A DNA stretch of 64,000 nt from the human T2T-CHM13v2.0 reference genome, Homo sapiens. Positions within the stretch are counted from its first letter, which is position 1; every line of letters starts with the position of its first letter. Under the pieces are notes generated by a model. It saw nothing but the letters and a program-made list of their open reading frames with translations. It had not been told where the DNA came from and searched no databases. The DNA lies in NCBI RefSeq assembly GCF_009914755.1, contig NC_060934.1; one strand, 5' to 3'. Below, piece after piece: positions 1 through 16,499 of this stretch. Both the position numbers and the translations under genes were made by a program.

Positions 1-669
1 TAGACAGAAGAATGAAAGGTACCATTCTTCCAACATTCTTCCAGTCATTCTTCTTATTCACAGACATTTGGTATCCAGTAGCCAAATCTTCCCATTAAAT
101 ATTTTGAGAGCATTTTAAATAGCTTTTTTTTTCTGTTGCATTTTTCTCTACTTGCCATCTCTCTGTTATCTACTGATACAAGGCCTAAGAGACCAGTATC
201 AGCACCATTACCTTCAATCAGAGCCAAAACCTTATATCTGGAATCAAGGGAACCACTGAGATTTCAGCCAGTAATCTGTCCATAGGCACAGCCAATGATC
301 AGAGCCAGAAATCATGAAGTAAGCTAAGTTAATATCTAAGATGTGAGCCAAGAGCCATAAAACAACATTGGCAGAGGAGAGGTGAGGAAGGGAAATGGGT
401 GTCAAATGTAAGCCAAAGAAGTTACAAACACCTCATATAACCAGAACCACCCAGAGACCATTGCAAAACTAAACTATTAGTCCTGCTTTAGGCACACTCT
501 CCTTAAACACTGTTAACCAATGGCTGGTCCCTGAGAAGCAGTTAGTCTGAAAGAAAACAAGGATAGTACTAAAGCCTTCTTTGTTCTGTGGCTCCCATTC
601 ACCTATTTTCTACTTTCCCTTGTCATGGTGTGCATTTCTAGTGTGAGCCTAGATGTGAGCCCTTCCTTC

Positions 670-790
670 TGGAACAAGTCACTGAAGCCCTATGAACCTC
701 AGTTAGTTCATCTACATGATGATGATAGTAATTCTTACCTTCATAAGTTTGTTTTAGGAGTTATATGAGAATATATGTGAAAATCTTAAA
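670..790 (+). mobile_element. MIR SINE fragment
   Basis: MIR core-like caagtcactgaagccctatgaacctcagttagttcatct...cttcataagtttgttttaggag; boundaries approximate. Confidence 0.7.
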
Positions 791-849
791 GATTTGACAA
801 AATAAAAATAAATTTTTTGGAAGAAAAGTTAAAAAAGATAAACATAAGA

Positions 850-1850
<1,001 letters not shown>

Positions 1851-3099
1851 CTGCCATGTACCTCCTAGCCAATCTGAAATCTAACAAAGAAGTAAGATTT
1901 GTGTGAGGGAGTAATCATCAAATAAAGAAAGCAAGATACAGAACACTATGCATAGTTTAATCCTCTTATAAAATAAAACACTACCTTATAATGTAATATT
2001 GGTTAGGATTCTAACTCATAAGCAGTGTAAGTTACTGGCCAGTTGAAGCAGAAACCTCTTGATAGGGATTTTGGAAGCAAACTAATAAAAGACTTGGCGC
2101 AGTTGCTTTCCATGCCCATTTCTCCCTCCTCTATGCCCTCTCTCCTTACCACCACCATGACCTTACTATAGTTATATGCAATCGCTGTCCCATTCTCAAT
2201 TATGGGGAAAATATTTACTTAAATATATATATATATCTATCTCCCGTAATTTTCCCCAACCAACATGAACTTCCTTCTTAACATTTAAAAGTTTTGCCAA
2301 TTATTAAAAAAAAGCATAATATTATTCTAAAATACACCTTATCAACCAAAAAAAAAAAATTAAGGTGATACACAGTATGAAGTGTTACTATTTCTTGTCA
2401 GAATTTCTTATTTAAAATTATTTGAGTCAAGGAAAATTTTTTAAAAGTTGTTTCAAGCTTCCTATGCTTGACATAAGGAAATGTGGTAATTCTAGATTTA
2501 AAATACAGAATTATAACACTGTTTAGAAACAATACAATCAGAAAAAATTCCTGTAAATTTTTTCCTCCTCTACTATTATTCTCATGTTTAAAGCTTATTA
2601 CAGACATTAATATTATTCCTAGAACATGAAGCTTTCCGTGACCTACTTGTCTTCTAAAATAATTACACCAAACTTAAATTTCCTTCTTTTTATATCTTCC
2701 CATTTTCTCAGTTTGTCACATAATTTTAAATTTGAACATATTTCTCTCTGGTACAAGACCACCAGCTCAATTTTGTGATATTCTTTCCATTTTCAGGGAA
2801 GACAATATAAACATGTTATGATGTTATCCAAAAATATGAATCATGAAAAACTGTGTTAAGCTCAGAGGCAAATGGAGCAGCAGTATCCAAAACTATTGGG
2901 TCAGTGCAGTCTGCCTTTGGTGTGCCCATTTTCCTTCTGCACCCAGTTTGCCTTTGGTGCTGCTTTCCAAGATATCCATCTCCCTCCCAACAAAGCCTAC
3001 TTTCTGGAAAGGATGTGAAAAACAAATTTACATTGATTAGTAAAAAAAAAAACAAAACAAAGGAATATAGCTATAACTGCTAAATTTTAAAAATCAATT

Positions 3100-3375
3100 A
3101 TTTTTATTCAACATGAAGCCCCCACATTCCCAGGTATTTGATATGAGTTGAACCAAACTGATGGGCCCTGTCCTCAGAGAACATGGAAAACAGATAAACA
3201 GGCATAAAATTACATAAAATTGTAATAATCACTATGATAGAGTTAAGACAGAGTGTTATGAAAGAGGAGGTCTAATCAAGTACAAACACTCAGAGAATTC
3301 TAGAAGAAATATCTAAGCCAAGGCTTGAAGAGTGAGTAGGCATTAACCAGACAAAAGTGGGTGGGAGGAAGGAAG
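3100..3375 (-). mobile_element. L2 LINE 3' fragment
   Basis: ttattcaac...gccctgtcctcagaga...gaagagtgagtaggcattaaccag resembles the antisense L2 3' end. Confidence 0.6.
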
Positions 3376-3600
3376 TATGAAAAATGATTTATTGATACCT
3401 CTGAAATCACATCACCCATTTTATCCAAAATACATGTCTGACCCTGATAAGCAATGATGTTGGGAACAAAATCCAACCCTTCTAACTTCCAGTTTCTTTC
3501 ATCATTTGGAATACTATTTCCCTCCCTTCTTCACCTCTCTTCAGCTTTAAGGGATCATGGAAAACAACTGAACAAGTAAAATGATAAGTCACAGAAATCC

Positions 3601-3658
3601 ATAAGTACAAGGCAGAAAGTGAATAAGTACAAGGCAGAAAGTGAATAAGTACAGGCAG
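3601..3658. repeat. 22-bp tandem repeat, ~2.6 copies
   Basis: ataagtacaaggcagaaagtga at 3601-3622 and 3623-3644 (identical), partial third copy. Confidence 0.95.
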
Positions 3659-3899
3659 GCAGCTGGGAAAATTGTTTTCTAAAACTTTCTCTAGAGGACT
3701 AATGTTTGGGACAAAACAGAATTCCCAGAAACAGTGTATATGCCCCTAAAGATTATAGCTTTGGCAGGGCAGTAAATACTCAACCCCAATATCCAAACAG
3801 AACAAATATCTGGATAGTCTCTGCCAAACCAAGATTACAAACTGTTACTACATCTTCTGAAGTAAAAATAATCAGCAATAAATTTATCCATTTTCAATT

Positions 3900-6770
3900 A
3901 AGCAATACTTAGAGGGACATTTATAGTTTTAAATGGCTCTATTAGAAAAGGAAAAAGATCTCTCAAATAAGTGACCTAAGTTTCTACCTTAAGAACCTAG
4001 AAAAGGAAGAGTAAACTCAACCCGAAGCAAAGAAAAGAGAGGAAAAAAAATAAAGATTAGAGTTGTATTAGTCTGTTCTCATGATGCTAATAAAAACATA
4101 TCCGAGACTGGGTAACTCCAACTCACAGTACCACATGGCTGGGGTGGCCTCACAATCATGGCAGAAGGCAAATGAGGAGCAAAGTCATGTTTTACATGGT
4201 GGCAGGCAAGATAACTTGTTCAGGGGAACTCCCATTTATAAAACCATTAGATCTCGTCAGACTTATTCACTACCATGAGAACAGTATGGGGGAAACTGCC
4301 CGCATGATTCCATTATCTCCACCTGGTCCCACCCTTGACACACGGGGATTATCACAATTCAAGGTAAGATTTGGGTGGGGTCACAGCTAAACCATATCAT
4401 TCTGCCTCTGCCCCCCACTCCCCCGCAAATCTCATGTCCTCACATTTCAAAACCAATCATGCCTTCCCAACAGTCCTCCAAAGTCTTAACTCATTTCAGC
4501 ATTAACTTAAAAGTCCACAGTCCAAAGTCTCAACTGAGACAAGGCAAGTCCTTTCCACCTATGAGCCTGTAAAATCAAAAGCAAGTTAGTTACTTCCTAG
4601 ATACAATGAGGGTACAGGCATTGGGTAAATACACTCATTCCAAATGGGAGAAACTGGCCAAAACGAAGGAGCTATAGACCCTATGCAAATCCAAAATCCA
4701 ATGGGGCAGTCAAATATTAAAGCTCCAAAATGATCTCCTTTGACTCCATGTCTCACATACAGGTCATGCTGATTCGAGAGGTGGGCTCCCACAGCCTTGG
4801 GCAGCTCTGTCCTTGTGGCTTTGCATGGTACACCCCACCTCCTGGCTACTTTCACAGGCTGGCACTGAGTGTCTGTGGCTTTTCCAGGTGCATGGTGCAA
4901 TCTGTCAGTGGATCTACCATTCTGGGGTCTGGAGGATGGTGGCCCTCTTCTCACAGCTGCCCTATGCAGTGCCCCTCTGGAGACTCTGTGTGGGGGCTCT
5001 GACCCCACATTTCCCTTCCATACTGCTCTAGCAGAGGTTCTCCATGACGGTTCCACCCCTGAAGCAAAATTCTGCCTGGACATCCAGGCCTTTCCATACA
5101 TCCTCTGAAATCTAGGTGGAGGTTCCCAAACCTCAATTCTTGACTTCTCTGCACCTGTGGGCCCAATGTCATGTGGAAGCTGCCAAAGCTTAGGGCTTGC
5201 AACCTCTGAAGTAATAGTCTGAGCTGTATGTTGGCTCCTTTTAACCACAGCTGGAGCAGCTAGGACACAGGGCACCAAGTTCCAAGGCTGCACACAGCAA
5301 AACATGCCCTGGGCCTAGTCCACAAAACCATTTTTCCCTCCTAGGCCTCTGGGCCTTTGATGGGAGGGGCTGCTGTGAAGGTCTCTGATTTGTCCTGGAG
5401 ACATTTTCCCCATTGTCTTAGTGAATAACATTTGGCTTCTTGTTAATTATGCAAATTTCTGCAGCAGGCTTGAATTTCTCCTCAGAAAATGGGTTTTTCT
5501 TTTCTATTGCATTGTCAGGCTACAAATTTTCCAAACTTTTATGTTCTGCTTCCTCTTGAATACTTTTAGAAATTTCTTTTGTCAGATACCCTAAATCATA
5601 ACTCTTAAGTTCAAAGTTCCACAGATCTCTAAGGCAGGGGGAAAATGCCACCAGTCTCTTTGCATAGCAAAAGTGACCTTTACTCCAGTTCCCAACAAGT
5701 TCCTCATCTCCATCTGAGACCACCTCAGCCTGAACCTTCTTGCCCATATCACTATCAGCATTTTGCTCAAAGCCATTCAACAAGTTTCTAGGAAGTTCCA
5801 AACTTGCCCGCATCTTCCTGTCTTCTGAGTACTCTAAACTGTTCCAGTCTCTGCCTGTTACCCAGTTCCAAAGTCACTTCCACATTTTCAGGTATTTTTA
5901 CAGCAGCGCCCCACTACTCGGTACCAATTTACTGTCTAAGTCTGTTCTCATGTTGCTAATAAAGACATATGGTAATTTGCAAAGGAAGGAGGTTTAATTG
6001 ACACAGTTCCACGTGGCTGGGGAGACTCACAATCATGGCAGAAGGCAAATGAGGAGCAAAGTCACATCTTACATGGCAGCAGGTAAGAGAGCTTGTACGG
6101 GAGAAGTTCCATTTATAAAGCCATCAGATCTTGTGAGACTTATTCACTACCATGAGAACAGTGTGGAAGAAACTGCCCCCATGATTCAATTATCTCCACC
6201 TGGCCCCACATGTGGATTATTACAATTCAAGGTCAGATTTGTGTAGGGATACAGCTGAACCATATCGAGAGTGCAAATCAATTAAATGGACAATAGAAAA
6301 GCAACAGAAAAACAAAACATTAAAAGCTTCTCTAAAATGTTCAAAAAATTGTCAAACTTTTAACAAGATCCACTATGAAAAGAAAGAGAGGAAAGATCAT
6401 CAAAATCATGAATGAAAGAGGGCACATCACCACTGATCCTACAGAAATTTTTTAAAATGTAAATGAGTATTATGAACAAATTTATGCCAATAAATTAGAC
6501 AACTTGGGTGAAATGAACAAATTCCTAGAAAGAAAAATTACCAAAACAGGCTCAAGGAAACAGAAAAATTGAACAGACCTATAATGAGTAAAGATTAAAT
6601 TAGTAATTAAAAATCTTCACTCAAAGAAAAGCCAAGTCCCAGCTGTCTTTACTGGTGAATTCTATTAAACATTTAGGAAGAAATAATGCCAATCCTTCAC
6701 AAACTCTTCCAGTAACTGAAGATGCAGGGAATACTTCCCAACTCATTCTATAAGTTCAGTACTTCCCTGC
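3900..6770 (+). mobile_element. Old L1M ORF2 fragment split by THE1 insertion (3900-4063 and 6273-6770)
   Basis: L1 ORF2 motifs ttagagggacatttatag, gggcacatcaccactgatcctacagaaa, tactggtgaattctatt, cttcccaactcattctat are colinear across the insertion. Confidence 0.85.
4064..6267 (-). mobile_element. Complete THE1 (THE1C-like) MaLR element: LTR 4064-4399, internal 4400-5932, LTR 5933-6267
   Basis: Two homologous LTRs (tgtattagtc...aaccatatca), THE1-int body including ORF remnant 4586-5305 (EVWEPPPRFQRMYG), 5-bp TSD agagt at 4059-4063 and 6268-6272. Confidence 0.95.
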
Positions 6771-7709
6771 GAGTACTTCTAAACCCAGTTGAAACAAAAC
6801 CCAGAAGAGTAGAACTCAGCTGGTTCTCATAAGTCTGAGTTTCTTAAGGCTATCTGGGAAGCTAGAAATTTTGTCCAACTACAGGTTAAGAAAGCTCTAG
6901 AACCAACCTGAATCTCAGAAGTCCTTGAAATATTTAAGGCCATTATCATGGGGAAATTGAGAATAGCTACCTTCAAAGTCCATAAGGTAACATAGTAGGA
7001 CGTTTTGGCTTGCAGTGCAATGCTGGAATCAAATCATGAGAGCTAGACCTCGCAGTTCTTAAATTACTGTACAGATTTTGGATGTGCTTATTTGTTTAGG
7101 TCATATCTCATATTTCAGGTTATTACATCTATGGAAAAGAAGTGATTTTCCAATTTAAATAAAATATTAAAGAATATAATACAAAAATACTTTTTCTTCC
7201 CTCTCTCCTTCCCTCTTATGTATTTACATTTGTTACACGCTCACTACAGTTAGAGCTATACAGTACTAATACTCAATCTTCTTCACAGTTGTGAGTGATG
7301 TTACGAAAAGTATTTAGCTAAAAATCAGCATAAAATTGCAATGATAATAGTCACATCTAGTATTTACTTAGTACTCAGTGTTTTCATGTATCATCTCATC
7401 TAATGCTCACATTGTTCGTGTTTGTTCTTATCTAAAGAGGGTTACACAGACAACCACTGTAAGAGTAGCAGCTTCTCATATGGTAACATGAAAAAAAACT
7501 ATACTTACTTGAACAAATAAAATTGGGATAATTTGTCCATAACAAGGAGAGGGAAAGTGGGATATGGGCAGTGAAACAAAAAGAGTCTGCGTATCTAGGC
7601 ATTGAGGAAATTTGAGGAAAGAGTAAAGCAAGGTTTTTCAGCACTGTTGTCCAGAGCAATTTAGAGAGAGGTGTCTAAAAGCTTTTTAAAAAGGTTTTCT
7701 GTGCATTAA

Positions 7710-8100
7710 GAATGTAATAACACCAAAAGCATTATCCACAAAAGAAAAAAACTGATAAACTAGACTTCATCGAAATTAAGAACTGCTGCTGCTTGAAGGA
7801 CATTCACAGAATGAAAAGACAAGCCACACTAGGAGAAATTATTTGCAAATCACATATCTGACAAATGACTTGGATCTACAATATGAAGAACTCTCAAAAC
7901 TCAATAATTAGTAAACAACCAAATTTTTTAAATGGACAATATATTTGAACATACACTTCTGCAAAGAAGATATACTGATGGCAAATAAAACATGATATGA
8001 TGCTCAACACTGTTATTCATTAGTAAAATGCAAATTAAAACTGCAGTGAGATACTACTACCTATGATCTAAAAAGGGTAAAAATTAAAATACTTGTAAAA
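7710..8100 (+). mobile_element. L1MB/MC-like 3' ORF2 fragment
   Basis: atttgcaaatcacatatctgacaaa, aaagaagatatactgatggcaaataa, aaatgcaaattaaaactgcagtgagatac. Confidence 0.85.
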
Positions 8101-8707
8101 TACTTTGACTATTGAGATAAAAGATAATTCTTTTTTATTGTAGTAAGAACATTTAGCATGGCATCTACCATTTTAAAAAATCAAGTATATAATTCAGTAT
8201 TGTTAACTACAGGTACAATGTTGTACAGCAGATGCCTAGAACTTATTCATCTTGTATAACTGAAATTTTATACCCATTGGATAGCAGATCCCCATTTACC
8301 ACCCCAGGCCCCCAGCCTTTGGCAGCCACAATTCTATTTTCTGATTCCATTGGTTTGGCTATTTTAGATAATTTGTACATGTGGAATAATACAGTATTCG
8401 TCTTTCTGTGACTGGTTTATTTGACTTAGCATAATGTCCTCCAGTTTCATCCATGTTGCTGCATATTTCAAGATTTCCTTATTTTGTAAGGCTAAATAAT
8501 ATTTCGTTGTACATGTTTACTACATATTCTTTGTCCATTCATCTACCCATCAATGGACATTTAGAGTGTTTCCACATCTGTTGTTGTGAATAATGCTGCA
8601 ACAAACGTGGGAGTGAAAATATCTCTTCAATATCCTGTTCTCAATTATTTTGTATAGGTATGCAGAAGTGGGATTGCTAGATAATATGGTATTTCTATTT
8701 TTAATTC

Positions 8708-9007
<300 letters not shown>

Positions 9008-9839
9008 TATTTTTAATTTTTTGAGGAAATGTCATATCTTTCATAGTGACTGCAACTATTTCACATTCCCACCAGCTGAGTACAAGGGTTCCAATTTCTA
9101 CACATTCTCGCCAGAATTTGTTAATCTTTTGTTTGTTTTATAATGGCCATCCTAACAGATATGAAGTGATTTCTATCTCATTGTAGTTTGACATGCATTT
9201 CCCTTATAAGTAATGTTTTTAAGCATCTTTACACTTTGTTGTCTGTGCTTTTGGTGTCATATCCAAGAAACCATCGCTAATGCCAATGACATGAAGGTTT
9301 CCTCCTATGTTTTATCCTAGTGGTTATGCAGTTTTAAATCTTATGTTTAAATCTTTAATCTACTTTGCATTAATTTTTGTCCACGTGTAAGAAAAGGGTC
9401 CAATTTCATTGTTTTGCATGTGAATATCCAGTTTTCCCAACACTATTTATTGAAGAGACTATCTTTCCCTCATTGCCTATTCTTGGCACAGTTGTTGAAG
9501 ATAGGTTGACTGTAAATGGGTCAACTGGGTTTATTTCTGAGCTCTCAATTCTGTTCCATTGGTATATGTCTGTCTGTATGCCAGTACCATACTGATTTAA
9601 TTCCAGTAGCTTTGTAATAATATATTTTGAATTCAGGAAGTGGATTGCCTCTAACTTTGTTTGTTTTTTTTTTTAATTGTTTTGGTTATTTAGGGTCCTT
9701 TGTGGTTACATATGGATTTAAGAATTGTTTTGTCTATTTCTGTAAATAAAAAATTCCACTGAGATTTTGATAGAGATAGAATTGAATGTAGAGACTGCAT
9801 TGGGTAGTATGGACATTTTAATAACATGAAGTCTTCCAA

Positions 9840-11271
<1,432 letters not shown>

Positions 11272-14010
11272 AATAATATTCAGTCTTCCAATCTATAAAC
11301 ACGAGCTGTCTCTCCATGTATGTGTGTCAAATTTGTGCAATCAATGTTTTGTCATTTTCTGTGTACAAGTTTTTCACCTCCTTAGTCAAGTTTATTACTA
11401 TGTATTTTATTCTTTTTGATGCTATCATAAGTAGGATTGTTTTCTTAATACCTTTTTGGATAGTTCATTGTTAGTGTATGGAAACAAAAGTGACTTTTAT
11501 ATGTTGATTTTGAATCCTAAAACTTTACTCAATCCATTTATTAGTTCCAAAAGTTTTTTTTTTTTTTTTTTTGGTGGAATCCTTCTAATTTTCTACATGT
11601 AAGATAATGTCATCTGCCAACAGAAATAATTTTTACTTCTTCCTTTCTGATTTGGTTGACTTTTCTTTTTCTTGCCTATTTGCTCTGGCTAGGACTTCCA
11701 GTATAATTTTGAACAGAAGCGATGTGAGTTGGCATTATGCCTTGTTCCCAATCCTACAGGGAAAATTTTCAGTTTTTCACCATTAAATATAATGTTAAAT
11801 GTGGGCTTTTCATATATGGCCATTATGTTGAGGTAATGTCCTTCTTTTCCCAGTTAATATATTGAGTTTTTATCATAAAAGCGTGTTGAATTTTGTCAAA
11901 TTTTTTTTCTGCATCTATTGAGATAATTATGAGATTTTTATTCTTCATTCTGTTTATGGGGTATATTGCATTAACTGACTTTTGTAAGCTGAATCATCCT
12001 TGCATCTCAGGGAAAAATCCCATCTAATCATGGTGTATTTTCCTATTAATGTGCTCTTTCATTCAGTTTGCTAGTATTTTGTTAAGGATTTTTGCATCTA
12101 TGTTTATCTGGGATATTGGCCAGTAGTTTTCTTTTCTTGTAGTGTCTTTGTATAGCTCTGGTATCAGGGTAATGCTAGCCTCATAAATGGACTTGGAAGT
12201 GTTCCCTCCTCTTCAATGTTTTTGGACGAGTTTGAGAAGGATCAGTATTAGTTCTTCTTTAAATGTTTGGTAGAATTCATCAGTGAAGCTACCTAGCACT
12301 AGGCTTTTTGTTGGGAGGTTTTTGATTACTGATTCAATCTCTTTACTCATTATTGGCCCGTCCAGATTTTCTAATCCTTCATGAGTGAGTCTTGGTAGAC
12401 TGATATATCTAAGAATATGCCCATTTCTTCTAGGTTTTTCAATTTGTTGGCATGTAATTGTTCATAGTAGTCTCTTATGATTCTTTGTATTTCTGTGGTA
12501 TCAATTGTAATGTCTCCTCTATCATTTATAATTTTATTTATTTGAACCCTCTCCCCTTTCTTGGTTAATCTTGCTAAAGATTTGTTGATTTTGTTGCTCT
12601 TTTTAAACAAACCCACTATTAGTTTTGTTGGTCTCTTCTATTCTCTATTACATTTACTTCTGCTCTAATCTTTATTTCTTCCCTTTCTACCTTTGGGCTT
12701 AGTTTGTTCTTTTTCTAATTCTTTGAGGTATAAAGTTAGGTTACTTGAGATCTCTTTCTTTTTTAATACAGACATTTATCACTATCAACTTTTCTCTTAG
12801 GATCACTTTTGCTGCATCTTATAGGTTTGGTATGTTGTGTTTTCATTTTCATTTCTCTCAAGATATTTTCTAATTTCCCTTATGATTTCTTCTTTGATCC
12901 ATTAGCTCTTCAGGGGTATGCTGTTTAATTTCACATGTTTGTGAATTTTCCAGTTTCCCATCTACTGTTTATTTCTAATTTCCATTCCACTGTGATCAGA
13001 AAAGATACTTGGTATGATTTTAACATTCCTAAATTTGCTAAGACTTGATTTGTGGCTAAACATATTATCTAGCCTGGAGAATGTTTGGTACCTTTGAGAA
13101 AAATATATATTCCTCTGTTGTTGGGTTAAATAATTGATATATGTGTGTTACGTCCATTTGGTCTATAGTGTTTTTCAAGTCAGCTGTTTCCTTATTGATT
13201 TCTATCTGGATGTTCTATTGATTATTGAAAGTGGGATACTGAAGTGTCCCACTATTATAGGATTGTCATCCACTTCTCTCTTCAATTCTGTCGATGTTTG
13301 TTTTAAATATTTAAGTGCTCTCATGTTGGGTGCATATATATTTATAATTCTTATATCTTCTTGGTGAATTTACTCTTTTATTATTATATAACATCTTTTG
13401 TCTCTTGTAACAGTTTATGACTAACAGTCTATTTTGTCTTATATAGCCACTCTGCTCTCTTTTGGTTACCATTTACATGGAATATATTTTTCTATCCCTT
13501 CACTTTTAGCCTATGTATGTGTTTCAATTTAAAATGAGTTTCTTATAGACAATATATATAGTTGGATCTTGTTTTTTAATTCATTCAGCCACACTATACC
13601 TTCTGACTGAGTAGTTCAAACCACTTACATGTAATGTAACCACTGATAGGAAAGGACCATTTTTTTCATAGGTTTTTCTCATTGTTTTTTCAATTTTTTC
13701 ATTGCTTTCTGTTTGTCTTGTAATTCTTTTGTCCCTCTTCTCCTCTCTTGCTGTCTTCCCTTGTTTTTCATTGATTTTTTTTTGTATTGATATACTTTGG
13801 TTCTTTTTTTCTTTTGTGTATCTTCTATAGGTGTTTTCTTTGTGAATGCCATGGAGCTTACATAAAATATCTTATAGTTACAATAATCTGTTTTAAGCTG
13901 ATAATGTAACTTTGATTGCAGAAAAACCTGTACACTTTTACTTCTCCCTTTACATCTTTTTATTTTGTGTATCAATTCACACATTTTTATATTTATAGTT
14001 ATTTTTCATA

Positions 14011-14302
<292 letters not shown>

Positions 14303-15176
14303 CTATTTTTCATACTTTTGTCTTTTAGCTTTTACACTAGAGTTAAAAGTGACTTACCTACCACCATTACAATATTGCATTATTCTGTATTTATCTATAT
14401 ATTTACCTTTACTAGCAAATTTTACATTTTCCTATGCTTTTGTATTACTGTTAGGTGTCCTTTTGTTTTCACTTAAAGAACTCCCTTTAATAAGTCTTTT
14501 AAGGCAGGTCTGGGTCGCAAAGAACTCTCTCAGCTTTTGTTTACCTGAGAAAGTCTTTATCTCCATCATTATTGAAGGACAATTTTGCCAGGTATACGAT
14601 TCTTGGTTGGCCTTTTTGTTTCCTTCAGCACTTTGAATATATCATCCCTTTTCCTTCTGGCCTGCAGGGTTTCTGCTGAGAAATACACTGTAGTCTTATG
14701 AGGGTTTTCTTGTATATGACAAATTGTTCTTCTCTTACTGCTTTCAAAAGGTTCTCTTTCTCTTTGATTTTTGACAATTTGACTACATTGTGTCTTGGTG
14801 TGGATGTCTTTGGATTCATTTTATTTGAGGTCTGTTAGGGCTCCTGGATCTGGATGTTAAGTTTCTTTACCAGATTTGAAAAGTTTTCAGCCATTACTTC
14901 TTTGAATAATCTTTCTTCCCCCTTTCTCCACCTCTTCTCCATCAGGAACATTCATAATATGTCTCTTGGTCTGCTTTCATGGAGTTCCATAAGTCTCTTA
15001 AGCTTTCTTCATTCTTTTTCACTTGTTTTTCTTTTTGTTCATCTGACTGAATAATTTCTGGTAATTTGTCTTCGAGTTTACTGATCCTTTCTTCTGATTG
15101 ATCTAGTCTGCTATTCAACCTCCCATTGAATTTTTTAGTTCAATTATTCTATTCTTCAGTTTCAAGATTTGTTTGG

Positions 15177-15365
15177 GGCTGTGTGTGAGTGTATGTGTGT
15201 GTATGTGTATATGTGTGTGTATCGACTTCATATATATACACACATCCATTTCATATTTAGATCCATTAAATATATACAGGTGTATAAATATCCATATATA
15301 TCCATTTCAGATATATGTGTATGCGTGTATATATATGTGTGTGTGTGTGTACTACACACACACAA
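15177..15365. repeat. (TG)n/(TA)n/(CA)n degenerate microsatellite region
   Basis: Alternating purine-pyrimidine runs. Confidence 0.85.
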
Positions 15366-15425
15366 ATTTATCTATGTTGAAATTTTCACTTTGTTAATAC
15401 ATTGTTCTCCTGATTTCATTGATCA

Positions 15426-15842
15426 TGATATGGTTTGGATGTTTGTCACCTCCAAATCTCATGTTGAAATGAAATCCCCACTGTTGGAGGTGGGGCCTGG
15501 TAGTAGGTGTTTGAGTCATGGAGGTGGATCCCTCACGAGTGGCTTCATGCCCTCCTCACAGTAATGAGTGAATTCTTGCTCTCAGTTCACACAAGATCTG
15601 GTTATGTAAAAGAGTGTGACACTTCTCCCTCTCTCTGTCTTGCTCCCGTTCCATGTGATATGGGCCTGCTCCCCTATCACCTTCCACCATGAATGGAAAA
15701 TTCCTGAGGCTCTCACCAGAAGCAGATACTAACACCATGCTTCCTGTACAGCCCACAAAACCATGAGCCAAAATAAAACATCTTTTCTTTATAAATTACC
15801 CAGTCAGCTATTCCTTTATGGTAACACAAATAGACCAACACA
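15426..15842 (+). mobile_element. MST (MSTB-like) solo MaLR LTR
   Basis: tgatatggtttggatgtttgtc...ccatgagccaaaataaa...gaccaacaca, TG...CA termini. Confidence 0.92.
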
Positions 15843-15897
15843 ATCATCATTATGATTATTTTGAATTATCTGTCAGAGAATTCAGGTAAGTCATATA

Positions 15898-16283
15898 CAG
15901 TCATCCCTGGATTTTCCATCAGGAGTTGATTCCAGGACCTTCCACAGATACCAAAATCCATGGATGCTCAAGTCTCTAATATAATATGGGATGGTATTTG
16001 CATATAATCTATGCATATTCTCCCATGTACTTTAAATCATCTCTAGATTACTTATAATACCTATACAATGTAAATGCTATGTAGACAGTTGTTATATTAT
16101 TTAGGGAATAATAACCCCAAAAAAGTCTGCATATGTTCAATACAGATGCATTTTTTTTTACTTTAAACATGCATATATTGCATGATGCTGAGCCTTGGGA
16201 TATAAATTTTTAAAAAATATTTTTGATCTGTCATTGGTTGAATCCATGGATGCAGGACCCACAGATATGGAGGGCCAACACTG
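15898..16283. mobile_element. MER2 (Tigger-family Tc1/mariner MITE)
   Basis: TA|CAG...CTG|TA termini; gataccaaaatccatggatgctcaagtc, ctctagattacttataatacc. Confidence 0.9.
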
Positions 16284-16499
16284 TATCTCCAATTCATTAC
16301 AGTTGTTTTCAGGAAATTTACTTTATTCCTTTGTGTGGGACATATATCCTTGTTTTTTTATTTTCCTTGATTATTTGTGATGGTATCTGTGCATTAGAGA
16401 ACAGTTACCTTTCACAGACTGGCCTTGTATAGGTAAAGGCCCTCTTCAATCAGCCTAGCTAGAAATTCTGGGGACTTTTCAAACCTGTGTCCTGGTTCA

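Noticed and set aside
4586-5305. 239-aa ORF as a new gene
   Set aside because: Lies wholly in THE1 internal sequence and is the known MaLR ORF remnant
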